64,000 nucleotides of DNA from assembly GCA_964016885.1 (NCBI GenBank), contig OZ024743.1, positions 38,626,001 through 38,690,000 of the forward strand. The letters run 5' to 3'. Every line of letters begins with the position of its first letter. The stretch's first letter is position 1. Source of the DNA: Eledone cirrhosa. Lineage: Eukaryota. Of this stretch, positions 1 through 14,012 are shown in pieces. Under the pieces are notes generated by a model. The model was not told the origin of the DNA. It saw nothing but the letters and a program-made list of their open reading frames with translations, and did not search any database. The position numbers were made by a program, and so were the translations under genes.

Positions 1-376
1 ATTTTGTTAATAGTTTGAATTAATATATATATATATATATACATACATATACATATATATATATATGTATACGTACATACATATATGTATATAGACGTAC
101 AATAGTATGTATATATATGTATACATACATGCACACACATATATATATGCACGTATGGATTCACCGAACATTTATTATAATGCTCGGTGTGTTTGTAAAC
201 AAATATCCCGAATTAAGCCGTACAGTGTCTCGCAACCATCGTTGCTCATTTGTTCAAAACTGACAAATGAACGCTGTACTAGTTTCAAGCTTATTAGCTA
301 TCGTCAGCAACGTATACCTTCCTGCCAGATGATTGAACGTCTGAAAGTATATACTTTCCTTATGCATATTAACGGC

Positions 377-502
377 TGAGCACCCTAATTTGCATATCGA
401 GTGAGTTAATCGGCTGGGCGCTGCGAAAACCATAAACGGAAAAAAATCGTTTTCGGTGCGCCCGGCCGATTAACTCACTTGATATGCAAATTAGGCTGCT
501 CA
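377..502. repeat. ~54-bp-arm inverted repeat (hairpin), MITE-like or hairpin RNA
   Basis: tgagcaccctaatttgcatatcgagtgagttaatcggctgggcgc..cgaaaac / gttttcg..gcgcccggccgattaactcacttgatatgcaaattaggctgctca with an 18-nt loop. Confidence 0.85.
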
Positions 503-1950
503 TATATATATGAAGAAATAGTAGTGTTGAAAGTACGGCATATCCAACGAGCAATATTCCATATTTTCTTATGAAATCTGTGTTCACGTTTCTGAGCATC
601 ATGCAGCAATTTTTAAGGAGATTCAGTGTGACCAGGTTGCCAATAAATTGTCTTGATTAAGTATAAAATGCACCATCAGCATTGGCCACTCTATCTTGTG
701 ACAACTGTCTTTGTCGTTAACAAGCTGGGATTTGAAGTCCAGATGAACTAGATTTTTGCCAGCTGCTTTGAATGTATCAAGGTCAAAGAAAGTATCTTAT
801 TTAATGACAAAATGCATCACAGGAATCATATTGTAGCCCATATGAACATGAAACAAGCAGCCTAGCAAATAACCCGCGTGCTTTCACCTATCGTAACCTG
901 AGACCTCACTGTATATTACACACTTGTTCGCTAGTTTGCCATGCTCGATTTCTATATATTAACATTTAAGAGTAATCTTCAGGTACATGATAGCTTGCCT
1001 TAGATTATTCAACAGGACACATGCAACGCAATATAATTTCTAATGAAATAAAAATAGAAATATACCCACACTTACATCAATATATACATATCCTATTCTA
1101 AAAAACGCACCTAATATTCCAGCAAATATGACCTGTCATGTGAGCCACAACACTTGTCGAACATATCAAGTTGCCATCATCATGTTTACACCTATATATG
1201 GAAGTGAGATCTAGAGTAGCATGACAAATATCAACACAAAGCTGAAGATATTGCATCGATGATGCATTTAAAAGTTTATGATTATTAAGCGGAAAAATTG
1301 TATTACAAATGTACAGAGATTACAAATGAGAAGAGGAAAGTGAGACTCACTGAAAAATAAAGTTACGAAACGACGACTCTAACTTGTTGGATGCATTTTC
1401 CGTCTACACGATTAGCAGCACACACAAAAAATCAAGATAATTTGGATTCCACCCAGAGAGAAACGGAAAAGAGTCAGAACGAAAATCACCTAGCGGTGGA
1501 TATCCATACTCTTCTAAGTATGAAAGATTCCTCTCTATTCATTAATTTTCTCCTTTTATAACAATCTGGATGAGGAGTAATTGCTGGAAATCAGTACGGC
1601 ATTATTCAAATGTAATCCAGTCAATGAAATTAATAGGACCAGAAGAATGTGCTGCATTCATACCATAGCAAGAATGAAACATTTGCGCATGCGTGTTTTG
1701 GTGGGTGTGTATTGAAATATATTTTTGAGTTTCATTTTTCAGTGTATTTACATGGTAGAAATAATTTTAATTATACCTATATTAAAAAAATGTTGAAATT
1801 AAATAATATAATGGTAAATTTAAGTCTTAAAATAAATATACATGCATACATGTGAATATGAACATATGTGCGAATATATTTAGAGAATTTGCCTATGAGA
1901 AACATTAACTTTAATCTCGCCATCCATCTCTCTTTCTCTTCCTCTCTCTC

Positions 1951-1999
<49 letters not shown>

Positions 2000-2707
2000 A
2001 TATATATATATATCATCCGTAGAAATGTCCATAATCTCCAGAAGACAAATGGTGAAGGGAAACTACCGCCCGTTCGTGCTTTCCTCTTATTTATATATAT
2101 ATATATACGTGTGTGTGTATGTGTGTATGGTCTGTATGTGTGTGTGTATGTATGTATGTATGTATGTGTGTGTGGGTGTATGTGTGTATGTGTGTGCGTG
2201 TGTGTATGTGTGTGTGTGTGTACAATTCTGTTCATATATTCATATAAATAAAATTACTGCCAATTCACCACCCGATTACAAAAGAGGTGGAATCAACAAA
2301 GAAAAGTAATTCATTAAGAAATATATATCTCCATTAATGGATAATTGTCATTCATATTACACAAACAACTATAGTTATGTTCAAAACAATTAACTCTAAA
2401 TATAAGGTATCTATATTCGTAAGGTGGTACTTATATAAATGTGTGTATGTGGAGGCCTGTATGTTGGTTTGTTAGCAATGTTGCGTGTGTAAGCGCATCC
2501 GGGTGTGTATAACCACTTACACGCACGGGATACATACAATTGATCGTATTTTTGAAATAATTTACTTTCATAGATGAAAAAATTCACATTTACATGTTCG
2601 TAGAATTTCTGGTAAATTATAACTCAACTTTATAAAATGAGCCATTTCTTGAAAGGCCTCCAGAAAATGTCGTTTACGGATTTCCTGTTTTAAAATAATC
2701 ATATGGC

Positions 2708-2776
<69 letters not shown>

Positions 2777-3044
2777 CTTCAGAAATAGCGAAGCGTGGTA
2801 GTATGTGAAATTTTAAAATGTGAGTGCCGAATGCGGACGATAAACTTAACACCTGTCGAACACTGATGACAGTAGATGAGAAAATTGAAGAATCCTTGTG
2901 AGAGACGGAAAACCGAGATCGAGAGGAGTCAGTCCTTATTTTGTTGTCTCTAAGTATGATTTACCCAATTCATGATCTTAGGTTTTCGTCTAACATTACA
3001 GACGTACACGTGCAACTCACGCACTCCCCAACACGCACACGCAC

Positions 3045-3206
<162 letters not shown>

Positions 3207-3585
3207 GCAAATTCCTTTGTTAGAATTCAACCGCCAAACCACGTGTTTTACCCTGCGATAGATTATTTCCTCAATTAAAGGAAGGGTGTAAAATTAGCTA
3301 GGGCTACTAGATTCCATGTCCTGTATTGAACTATCTTATGACATGGGCCTCCCTGCTGATGTGTGTAACAGCCCGGCTACGTAAATATATGCACATATTA
3401 CGTGATGTTCTGTACATTGAGCATCTATATCTGCATTTGTGAAGATATGTTGCACATAAACGATGTCGCCCAGGGATGAGAATTTTACATTTCTCTATAC
3501 CAAAACACCGCCACCGTGTCTGCTGTTAACTAAATGAATGCACTCTGAATGACTGTTTGCAATTGCATTACTGTCATTCGGAAGG

Positions 3586-3639
<54 letters not shown>

Positions 3640-3951
3640 CATGAGTTAGTCTGTAAATAAATACAGTACCTGGTATTTTAGTGTATATGTGCCAGTTTTC
3701 TTTTTTTTATATTTTCCCAAATAATTTCAAACTACTGTTTTGGAAGATTTTGTCAATTATCGCAGGAACAGAATTACTAGGGTAGCAATTTCTAAAGCAG
3801 AGCCACAAGCCAACATACCCAAATCATGATATTCATAACAAAAAGTAACGTATTCCACTATAGTATATATTTCCACAATGGCGTCACTTGCAAATTTAAC
3901 AATTTAGTTTTTGATCGTAGACAATTATTATATGTTATTATACACATATAA

Positions 3952-4142
3952 GGGCGGTGGATTGGCAGTATCGGTAGAGAGTCGGACACCATGCTTTGAA
4001 GCATAGAGTTACGTCTCTTTATGATCTGAGGTCAAAACCCGCCGAGGTTAACTTTTCCTTTCATCCTTACGGCGTCGACAAAATAAAGTACCAGTAATGG
4101 ATTGGTTAATTGCTGGCCTTGTGTCAAAAGTAGGAACAATTA
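3952..4142 (+). mobile_element. tRNA-derived SINE
   Basis: A-box-like tggcagtatcgg, B-box-like gaggtcaaaacc, core ctttcatccttacgg..tcgacaaaataaagtacc, tail gctggccttgtg..aaaagtag; about 9 copies in the window. Confidence 0.85.
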
Positions 4143-4158
4143 TATGTTATTATACACA

Positions 4159-4338
4159 GGGTGGCAGATTGGCAGAATCGGTAGAGGGCTTGACGCCATG
4201 CTTACGGCCCTTTATGATCTGAGTTCAAATCCCACTGATGTTAATTTGCCTTTCTTCCTTACGGGGTCGATAAAAAAAGCACCAGTAATACACTGGAATA
4301 ATTGCTGGTCATGTGCTAAAAGTAGAAACATTTATTAT
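4159..4338 (+). mobile_element. tRNA-derived SINE (tandem neighbour)
   Basis: tggcagaatcgg / gagttcaaatcc boxes, same core and tail. Confidence 0.85.
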
Positions 4339-4544
4339 ACGTATTTATTTTAAAATGCAACTTCCTATTATTTCACCCCAGTTGCATACTTACTTGCTTC
4401 ACCGTAGCGCCGGCCCAGGGAGCAGGCCATTGTTTAGAAGAGCCGAGGTTTGATATATCCATCGTTCAACTAAATACAGAATGCGGTTATTTCTTCGAAA
4501 GATACACATTATCAGAGATTGGAAAAAAAAAAAATATATATATA

Positions 4545-4594
<50 letters not shown>

Positions 4595-4976
4595 CGTTTA
4601 CTAAGCTCTGCGTCACTCAGAAAGTTGGTTTCAGAGCAAAATTACAAGTTGATAACATAATATTCCTTGTTCGATCTTTATGCTGAAAGCTTATAAATTT
4701 GAGCACACATTATTATTGATTTAGGTGTCATAGAAACCCTGCATTTGGATTTTACCACTAATTCCATTTGGGTCCAGGTTTTTATCATTTATTTTGTTTG
4801 ACCTGTTTAGCTTGATTTGTATTTCGGCTTAGGTGGTTAATGACGTTTTAACCACCGTTTCAGTTTGTATGGCGTTTTAACATATTGTTTAGCTCTAGTT
4901 TTTTTTAACTATTGAGTGCTTGCGTTTCGTTTTGCTTTTTCTACCAGCCGAAATACAATTCTCGCTGAATTATATT

Positions 4977-5063
<87 letters not shown>

Positions 5064-5380
5064 ATAACCCAGTCTTGTATAAATGTGTGCCAACATATAA
5101 TTTATTTTAAACGTAAACAAGACTTAAATTTTAAGTAAATAAGATTCAATAATTAGCCAAGCGTGAAACTAAATTCATATACACACGACTACAAACATAA
5201 AAATTAAAAAAATAATAAAATTTCATCATTGTTTTTCTAATATATTTCTGTTGCAATGTAATCTTATACTAAACAGATGAAAAATAACTTTTGAAAGTAT
5301 TTATCATGATCGACTATTGATGAAAATACAAGTACAACACAAATACGAACATAAACGCGATATAAGCACACATACACACG

Positions 5381-5420
<40 letters not shown>

Positions 5421-5448
5421 CGTAAGAACACGTACACACGTATATATA

Positions 5449-5518
<70 letters not shown>

Positions 5519-5543
5519 CGTGTGTGTGTGTGTGTGTGTATAA

Positions 5544-5592
<49 letters not shown>

Positions 5593-6001
5593 ATGAGATA
5601 CGAAACGAAAGGAGCTGTGTGGTTACTAAAAACAAGGTTTAGGATGATGGTTAGGACGGAACTAGAGGAGAAAAGAAGGACAATCCTTTGTCAGCTGTAA
5701 GTATCTCGATCAAATGTTTCGGCGCTGAATTACAGGACATCTGTAGAGATCAGCGGCACCCAAGGCCTTTTATTAATCAAAAGGCCAGGAGGAAGAGGAG
5801 AGAGAGAAAGGAGAGAAAAAAAGAGGGGAAAAAGAGAAAAAAAGGAGAAAAAAAGGAAATAAGAGGGAAAAGAGGAAGAACGGATGGACGGGGGTGATGA
5901 GACGAGAGGAAGAAAGAGAGAAGGGAAAAAAGGGAGAAAAAAAAGAGAAAGAAATAGGAGAAAGAATATGGGGGGGGGGGGAAGCCATCATGTATATATA
6001 C

Positions 6002-6521
6002 ATTATACAGATTAATGTTCAGAGCCATCCTCAGCATTCTCGTGTAACACATACACCACTGTAGCAACGAAGAGAGGGATCTTCAGGTCTTTGCGTAGGT
6101 CCGATTTCCAGACCGATCTCAATGTGTGGCACGCCACCCTGGCTTTGCTTTTTCTCTCAACCACATCATCCTCTCTTTTCCCAATCTTTGGTCCCAAATA
6201 GAGGAAGTCCTCAGCCAACTGCAGCTGCTTCCCGTCTACATTCATAATTTTCTCTGGATGAAGAACTCAGAGATGTACGGGAGCCTCATAAATGCCAGCT
6301 CGAATGTCACACAGTGGAGACTTAGGCTAGCTGGACATGCTCAGCGATATTCGGAGTTGAGAATGCAATCAGTGCTCCTGTGGGTAACTCTACACTAACA
6401 TACTGGAATAGAAAGACCGAGGTTGACATATATTGATGCCCTAAGAAGAGACAAAAGAAATGGCGGTGATGATGAAGGACAGAGAACGCTGGAGAGAACT
6501 GGTCCATGGATCTCAGGAATT
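6002..6521. mobile_element. RTE-clade LINE 3' fragment with internal inversion
   Basis: Minus part encodes EDFLYLG..WKSDLRKDLKIPLFVATV; plus part encodes RLRLAGHAQRYSEL..VLLW and ends ccatggatctcaggaattt like the copies at 18.3 and 48.3 kb. Confidence 0.8.
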
Positions 6522-9500
6522 TAGGATTTACAGAAACCCTTGAAGCTAGATTTAACACCTTTCTAGTGGGTCCGGGTATGATTTTACATTCATTTAAATT
6601 ATTGATGTATTGTTTTATTGATATTTTTTATCTGTTTGTCCCGAATCTTCTATTATCGATTTTTTATCGTATGGTTGATTGTAGACTTGTTCTATATGTG
6701 ACGGTATTTTAACGATAGTTATAGCTCTGATTCATCTGAATTATTGAGCCCTCTGCCGCTCATTTCGAATTTTGTTTATCGTGAACTCGTGCGCCGATTT
6801 TTCGATACTCGATCTTTCTAATATTTTTAGCTCTGGACATAGCTATCCACCAGTTAATTTTATTGCTCATTTTTTGTCGATTCTATTGAGTGATGAATAG
6901 CTTTTGTTTTATTTTAACATGTCTATTGAGCACTCTTATTCGATATGTGTATTTCCACATTCCCTCGAATAGTTTTCGCGGATATGGAGGTTATCTCCCT
7001 TGTCTAATGCCATGTGCGTTTTTCACTGGTAGTTAGCCCCTTTTCCGCTAGGAAAAAAGCTCGTTGAGAAAGTAAACTCCGTTCCTCTTGCTCTAGTAGG
7101 CTTTTATATTTATATGTGAGCTGATAGAGTACAGTCTAAGGATTTACAGAAACCCATGAAGCTAGATTTAACACCTTTCTAGTGGGTCCGGGTATGATTT
7201 TACATTAATTTAAATTATTGATGTATTGTTTTATTGATATTTTTTATCTGTTTGTACCGAATCTTCTATTATCGATTTTTTATCGTATGGTTGATTGTAG
7301 ACTTGTTCTATATGTGACGGTATTTTAACGATAGTTATAGCTCTGATTCATCTGAATTATTGAGCCCTCTGCCGCTCATTTCGAATTTTGTTTATCGTGA
7401 ACTCGTGCGCCGATTTTTCGATACTCGATCTTTCTAATATTTTTAGCTCTGGACATAGCTATCCACCAGTTAATTTTATTGCTCATTTTTTGTCGATTCT
7501 ATTGAGTGATGAATAGCTTTTGTTTTATTTTAACATGTCTATTGAGCACTCTTATTCGATATGTGTATTTCCACATTCCCTCGAATAGTTTTCGCGGATA
7601 TAGAGGTTATCTCCCTTGTCTAATGCCATGTGCGTTTTTCACTGGTAGTTAGCCCCTTTTCCGCTAGGAAAAAAGCTCGTTGAGAAAGTAAACTCCGTTC
7701 CTCTTGCTCTAGTAGGCTTTTATATTTATATGTGAGCTGATAGAGTACAGTCTAAGGATTTACAGAAACCCATGAAGCTAGATTTAACACCTTTCTAGTG
7801 GGTCCGGGTATGATTTTACATTCATTTAAATTATTGATGTATTGTTTTATTGATATTTTTTATCTGTTTGTCCCGAATCTTCTATTATCGATTTTTTATC
7901 GTATGGTTGATTGTAGACTTGTTCTATATGTGACGGTATTTTAACGATAGTTATAGCTCTGATTCATCTGGATTATTGAGCCCTCTGCCGCTCATTTCGA
8001 ATTTTGTTTATCGTGAACTCGTGCGCCGATTTTTCGATACTCGATCTTTCTAATATTTTTAGCTCTGGACATAGCTATCCACCAGTTAATTTTATTGCTC
8101 ATTTTTTGTCGATTCTATTGAGTGATGAATAGCTTTTGTTTTATTTTAACATGTCTATTGAGCACTCTTATTCGATATGTGTATTTCCACATTCCCTCGA
8201 ATAGTTTTCGCGGATATAGAGGTTATCTCCCTTGTCTAATGCCATGTGCGTTTTTCACTGGTAGTTAGCCCCTTTTCCGCTAGGAAAAAAGCTCGTTGAG
8301 AAAGTAAACTCCGTTCCTCTTGCTCTAGTAGGCTTTTATATTTATATGTGAGCTGATAGAGTACAGTCTAAGGATTTACAGAAACCCATGAAGCTAGATT
8401 TAACACCTTTCTAGTGGGTCCGGGTATGATTTTACATTCATTTAAATTATTGATGTATTGTTTTATTGATATTTTTTATCTGTTTGTCCCGAATCTTCTA
8501 TTATCGATTTTTTATCGTATGGTTGATTGTAGACTTGTTCTATATGTGACGGTATTTTAACGATAGTTATAGCTCTGATTCATCTGAATTATTGAGCCCT
8601 CTGCCGCTCATTTCGAATTTTGTTTATCGTGAACTCGTGCGCCGATTTTTCGATACTCGATCTTTCTAATATTTTTAGCTCTGGACATAGCTATCCACCA
8701 GTTAATTTTATTGCTCATTTTTTGTCGATTCTATTGAGTGATGAATAGCTTTTGTTTTATTTTAACATGTCTATTGAGCACTCTTATTCGATATGTGTAT
8801 TTCCACATTCCCTCGAATAGTTTTCGCGGATATAGAGGTTATCTCCCTTGTCTAATGCCATGTGCGTTTTTCACTGGTAGTTAGCCCCTTTTCCGCTAGG
8901 AAAAAAGCTCGTTGAGAAAGTAAACTCCGTTCCTCTTGCTCTAGTAGGCTTTTATATTTATATGTGAGCTGATAGAGTACAGTCTAAGGATTTACAGAAA
9001 CCCATGAAGCTAGATTTAACACCTTTCTAGTGGGTCCGGGTATGATTTTACATTAATTTAAATTATTGATGTATTGTTTTATTGATATTTTTTATCTGTT
9101 TGTACCGAATCTTCTATTATCGATTTTTTATCGTATGGTTGATTGTAGACTTGTTCTATATGTGACGGTATTTTAACGATAGTTATAGCTCTGATTCATC
9201 TGAATTATTGAGCCCTCTGCCGCTCATTTCGAATTTTGTTTATCGTGAACTCGTGCGCCGATTTTTCGATACTCGATCTTTCTAATATTTTTAGCTCTGG
9301 ACATAGCTATCCACCAGTTAATTTTATTGCTCATTTTTTGTCGATTCTATTGAGTGATGAATAGCTTTTGTTTTATTTTAACATGTCTATTGAGCACTCT
9401 TATTCGATATGTGTATTTCCACATTCCCTCGAATAGTTTTCGCGGATATAGAGGTTATCTCCCTTGTCTAATGCCATGTGCGTTTTTCACTGGTAGTTAG

Positions 9501-10510
9501 CCCCTTTTCCGCTAGGAAAAAAGCTCGTTGAGAAAGTAAACTCCGTTCCTCTTGCTCTAGTAGGCTTTTATATTTATATGTGAGCTGATAGAGTACAGTC
9601 TAAGGATTTACAGAAACCCATGAAGCTAGATTTAACACCTTTCTAGTGGGTCCGGGTATGATTTTACATTCATTTAAATTATTGATGTATTGTTTTATTG
9701 ATATTTTTTATCTGTTTGTCCCGAATCTTCTATTATCGATTTTTTATCGTATGGTTGATTGTAGACTTGTTCTATATGTGACGGTATTTTAACGATAGTT
9801 ATAGCTCTGATTCATCTGGATTATTGAGCCCTCTGCCGCTCATTTCGAATTTTGTTTATCGTGAACTCGTGCGCCGATTTTTCGATACTCGATCTTTCTA
9901 ATATTTTTAGCTCTGGACATAGCTATCCACCAGTTAATTTTATTGCTCATTTTTTGTCGATTCTATTGAGTGATGAATAGCTTTTGTTTTATTTTAACAT
10001 GTCTATTGAGCACTCTTATTCGATATGTGTATTTCCACATTCCCTCGAATAGTTTTCGCGGATATAGAGGTTATCTCCCTTGTCTAATGCCATGTGCGTT
10101 TTTCACTGGTAGTTAGCCCCTTTTCCGCTAGGAAAAAAGCTCGTTGAGAAAGTAAACTCCGTTCCTCTTGCTCTAGTAGGCTTTTATATTTATATGTGAG
10201 CTGATAGAGTACAGTCTAAGGATTTACAGAAACCCATGAAGCTAGATTTAACACCTTTCTAGTGGGTCCGGGTATGATTTTACATTCATTTAAATTATTG
10301 ATGTATTGTTTTATTGATATTTTTTATCTGTTTGTCCCGAATCTTCTATTATCGATTTTTTATCGTATGGTTGATTGTAGACTTGTTCTATATGTGACGG
10401 TATTTTAACGATAGTTATAGCTCTGATTCATCTGAATTATTGAGCCCTCTGCCGCTCATTTCGAATTTTGTTTATCGTGAACTCGTGCGCCGATTTTTCG
10501 ATACTCGATC

Positions 10511-10518
<8 letters not shown>
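6522..10518 (+). repeat. Tandem array, ~6.5 x 616-bp near-identical units (retrozyme-like)
   Basis: taaggatttacagaaaccc recurs at 7137, 7753, 8369, 8985, 9601, 10217 (period 616); ends in (TA)n; related 609-bp unit at 50167-51038. Confidence 0.97.
7114..7205 (+). ncRNA. Candidate non-canonical hammerhead-like motif (one per 616-bp unit)
   Basis: atgtgag-CTGATAGA-gta c agtc taag gatt tac a-GAAA-ccc..gctaga..tctagt ggg-TC-cgggtatgat-tttacat; extra nucleotide in the core and a displaced stem I. Confidence 0.4.
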
Positions 10519-10553
<35 letters not shown>

Positions 10554-11522
10554 TACGAAAATGACACACCTACTGATGAAATCCATATCTTGTATTTCTT
10601 AAATATATTGTTTATTTTAACTATGGTTAATATTTTTCTTTATGGTTTGAAAGAGTTGTATTGGTATAGTTAATAATGTAAGTAATAACTTTAATTTAGA
10701 TTATTTACTGTCTTGTCACAGGTCTTACAAATAATATTATTTTATGTACATTCTCTGAAATATGTTTTTCATATCTAATTTCCATCGATATAATTATGCT
10801 TATGATACATATTCACACAGACAAATACACTCATAATTATATTTTCGATTTAACGGACCCCCGTTACTTCTGTTTCTCATTTGTAATCCTGAAGAAGCAC
10901 TTAAGACAGTCATGTCGAACTTTCTTTCCCCTTTTCGATATAATGGTTGAAACTAATAATAGTTGTTGTCCCTCTTTGTTGTCTCCTTGAACAATATATA
11001 TATATATATTGTTATACTTGTTGAGGATCATATTGTTGTAATAATATTGCCAGAAATAATAACAGAACACACCTACTGTTTGGATGGATTTCGCTTCTGT
11101 ATCTTTTATATCTCCATAGTTAATTTATTTGGCAATTAATGTTTATCATTGATTGAACAACCGTTAAACATACATATATAAATATATATATATATATAAG
11201 AGAGTATTGAAGTTTGCTTGAAGCATTGTGGAATAATAAGATATATTTTCTTTAGGTCGAATCCGAAATATATAGCAACAATTAAATCTCTTACAAGGTA
11301 ACTTTATCTCGTGTTATTATTTTTATTTTTTACGCTCTTTCCCTCGTTCTTCTACACACTATACATCTCATTCTACATTCACTTACATATCTCTCTTCAC
11401 CACCGGATCTCGTTACCTGAAGAATTACCCATCTGCATTGTTGAGGCTTCCAAAACGTCCTAAAGAAAAAAAATATATATATAGTCCAATCAAAGTTCTT
11501 TCGTTGCACCTCTGTGTGTGTG

Positions 11523-11556
<34 letters not shown>

Positions 11557-11728
11557 TGTATGTATATATAAATACGGTTGTTTGTTTATGGAAAGGTTGG
11601 TTTAAGGGGAAGCCGTAATAGATAATTGCTTTAAAATGTTGACTTCATGGTTAAATATTGTATGTAATAAGAATCTTATATGCTATTAGCAAATAGCTTA
11701 TAACATGACCTATACCTTTCCGGCATTT

Positions 11729-11906
11729 AGATTGGCAGTATCGGTAGAGGGTCGGACGCCATGCTTTGACGCATAGAGTTACGGCCCTTGCCATTCTGAG
11801 TTCAAATTCCGCCGAGGTTAACTTTGCCTTTCGGGGTTGATAAAATAAAGTACCAGTAATCCACTGGGTAATTACTGGCCTTGTGCCAAAAGTAGAAACA
11901 ATTATT
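11729..11906 (+). mobile_element. tRNA-derived SINE
   Basis: A/B boxes, ccgccgaggttaactttgcctttc core, agtagaaacaattatt tail. Confidence 0.88.
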
Positions 11907-13353
11907 TTAACTAACACATCCCTAATGTTCCAATAACGGGAGCACGAATATGCCCTATATCAGGAAGGAGTCTCCCTGATCTTTGAGTAAGAATTTATGT
12001 TGGATATATATCCTAGGTATTACGCATGATTAGTCACATTTTGTGATTTACGGAGGATTTTACAAATTAAGGGTATATGCATATAATTGTTTCTACTTTT
12101 GGCACAAGACCAGCGATATATATTATATGCATATAATATATAAACATTATATGTTTAGCATAGAAATGCCATCATTTAGAGGAATGAACAATTTGACAAT
12201 ATTAAGCATGTATGTATACCCACCTCTCTCTGTCTCTCTCCCCCCTATCTCTCTACACACACACTCATATCTATGCGTGTATATATATATATATATACAG
12301 AGAGGGAGAGAGAAAGAGAGAGAAAGAGTGAGAGAGTGTGAGAGAGAGAGGGAGAGAGAAAGAGAGAGAAAGAGACAGAGAGAGAGAGTGTGAGAGAGAG
12401 AGAGAAAATAGTCAGATAGATATTTGTGCGTTTGTATGTACGTGTACTCTGTGTGCACATATAGATAGATAGAGATAAATAGATGAGTGGCTTCTCAATA
12501 TGTGAATGCAGAAAGACCGCTTTGAATAGATGGTCACTGAGCCATTAAAATTCACTAAAATATTCACCGAATAATATGTGACTAGATGGCATGGCTATGT
12601 TCTGATTACCATATGTGTGAGTCTGTTATCACTATCTATCCGCCTATCTATCTCCCTACGACTTCTCCCCCCCCTCTCTTTCTTGTTTTGTATATATATA
12701 TATATATAATATATGCACATAAAATAGGCACATAAACACCCACACACACGCACATAGTAATGATTCGTAAATATCCCTTTTAAATGAAAATATAAAGAAC
12801 GTAACATAAAATGTAATTATTATACATAACATACGATATGGAAAATTAACTAATATACATTAGTAGAATCGTCTCCTCAATAATGATGGCAATTGTGTTG
12901 AATGTATTTAACTTTTAGTTTCCATGATTAATATCTCATATATCGAGGTATAGCTGGATATTTAAACATTTTCCAAACGGAACGATTTGCGGTTTGATGT
13001 TTTACTGATTTACATGAGAAAAAAACCTTTATCTCATGTTGAACACTAATACAGAAGTGATTAGAAATTAGAATGAAACTTTAATGATTTATATCTAGGA
13101 TATAATTACAGAAATGTTCAACATATTTGTGCTGATGACATAGATGATTGAATGTATAACATTGGAGAAATGTGACTGGGAAACGAACTTCACATTGTAC
13201 CCGAATGATTGGGTTCGAACATTCTTTGTGTATATCGGAGTAAATCTCAAAGTTAGTCAATCACACACACACACGCAAATATATATATATATATATATTA
13301 ATATATATATATATATATATATTAATATATATATATATTAATATATATATATA

Positions 13354-13432
<79 letters not shown>

Positions 13433-13590
13433 ATACTTTGGGAGGGTCATGTTGCCAATAAGAAACACACGCACCAGCTGCTTTCACTTCAATTTATTAT
13501 ATATTTATAAATTTATAAATTTACAAATCTACAAATTTATAAATATCTGGTTGGTTGGTTGGTTCCACAACCAGATAGTTGTTTATATAT

Positions 13591-13635
13591 AGTCATAGTC
13601 CTTTCGTCACACACTCTGTGACCTCTTCAGTGACT
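13591..13635 (-). ncRNA. Type I hammerhead ribozyme
   Basis: Reverse complement: agtca CTGAAGA g gtcaca gagtg tgtgac GAAA ggac TA tgact (stem I 5 bp, stem II 6 bp, minimal stem III). Confidence 0.8.
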
Positions 13636-14012
13636 GGGGATTCCTTTCTTTGTTTCTGTGCCTTTCCTTTCTTCTGTCCTACGCCATTTTGTTTCTGTGT
13701 GTGTGTTGTGTGCTCAGTTTGCGCATGCGCCACATCCGGGTGTCTGTGTGTGTTCGTGTTCATTTATCTATTTGTTTACTTATTTATTTATTTACATGTT
13801 ATTGGTTGGTTGTTTGTTCTATGTGTGTGTGTGTTTTCATTTTGTCCTTAATTGTAAGTTGTGATGTTGCTGTTCCACTCATATTTTCTATTTAATTTTG
13901 GTTGTAATTCTTTTATATTTATTGCCTCTGTAATTTGTCTAAACATTGCATCTTTTCTGTGTGTAGACTCTATTTTTATTTCTATGTTTTCTAATTTACC
14001 TTTGTGTTCTAT

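Noticed and set aside
3952-4040. tRNA gene
   Set aside because: A/B boxes belong to SINE heads; no full cloverleaf, and a SINE body follows.
6883-6930. Second hammerhead-like trace in the 616-bp unit (gtgatga..ttaa catg tc)
   Set aside because: Lacks C3, GAAA and stem I in both families.
6522-10518. CRISPR array, rDNA/5S or snRNA gene cluster
   Set aside because: Units are identical with no spacers, and no recognisable rRNA/snRNA sequence.
10564-10590. Isolated ctgatga matches (also ~2863 and ~47640 minus)
   Set aside because: No GAAA/stem III/NUH in correct geometry.
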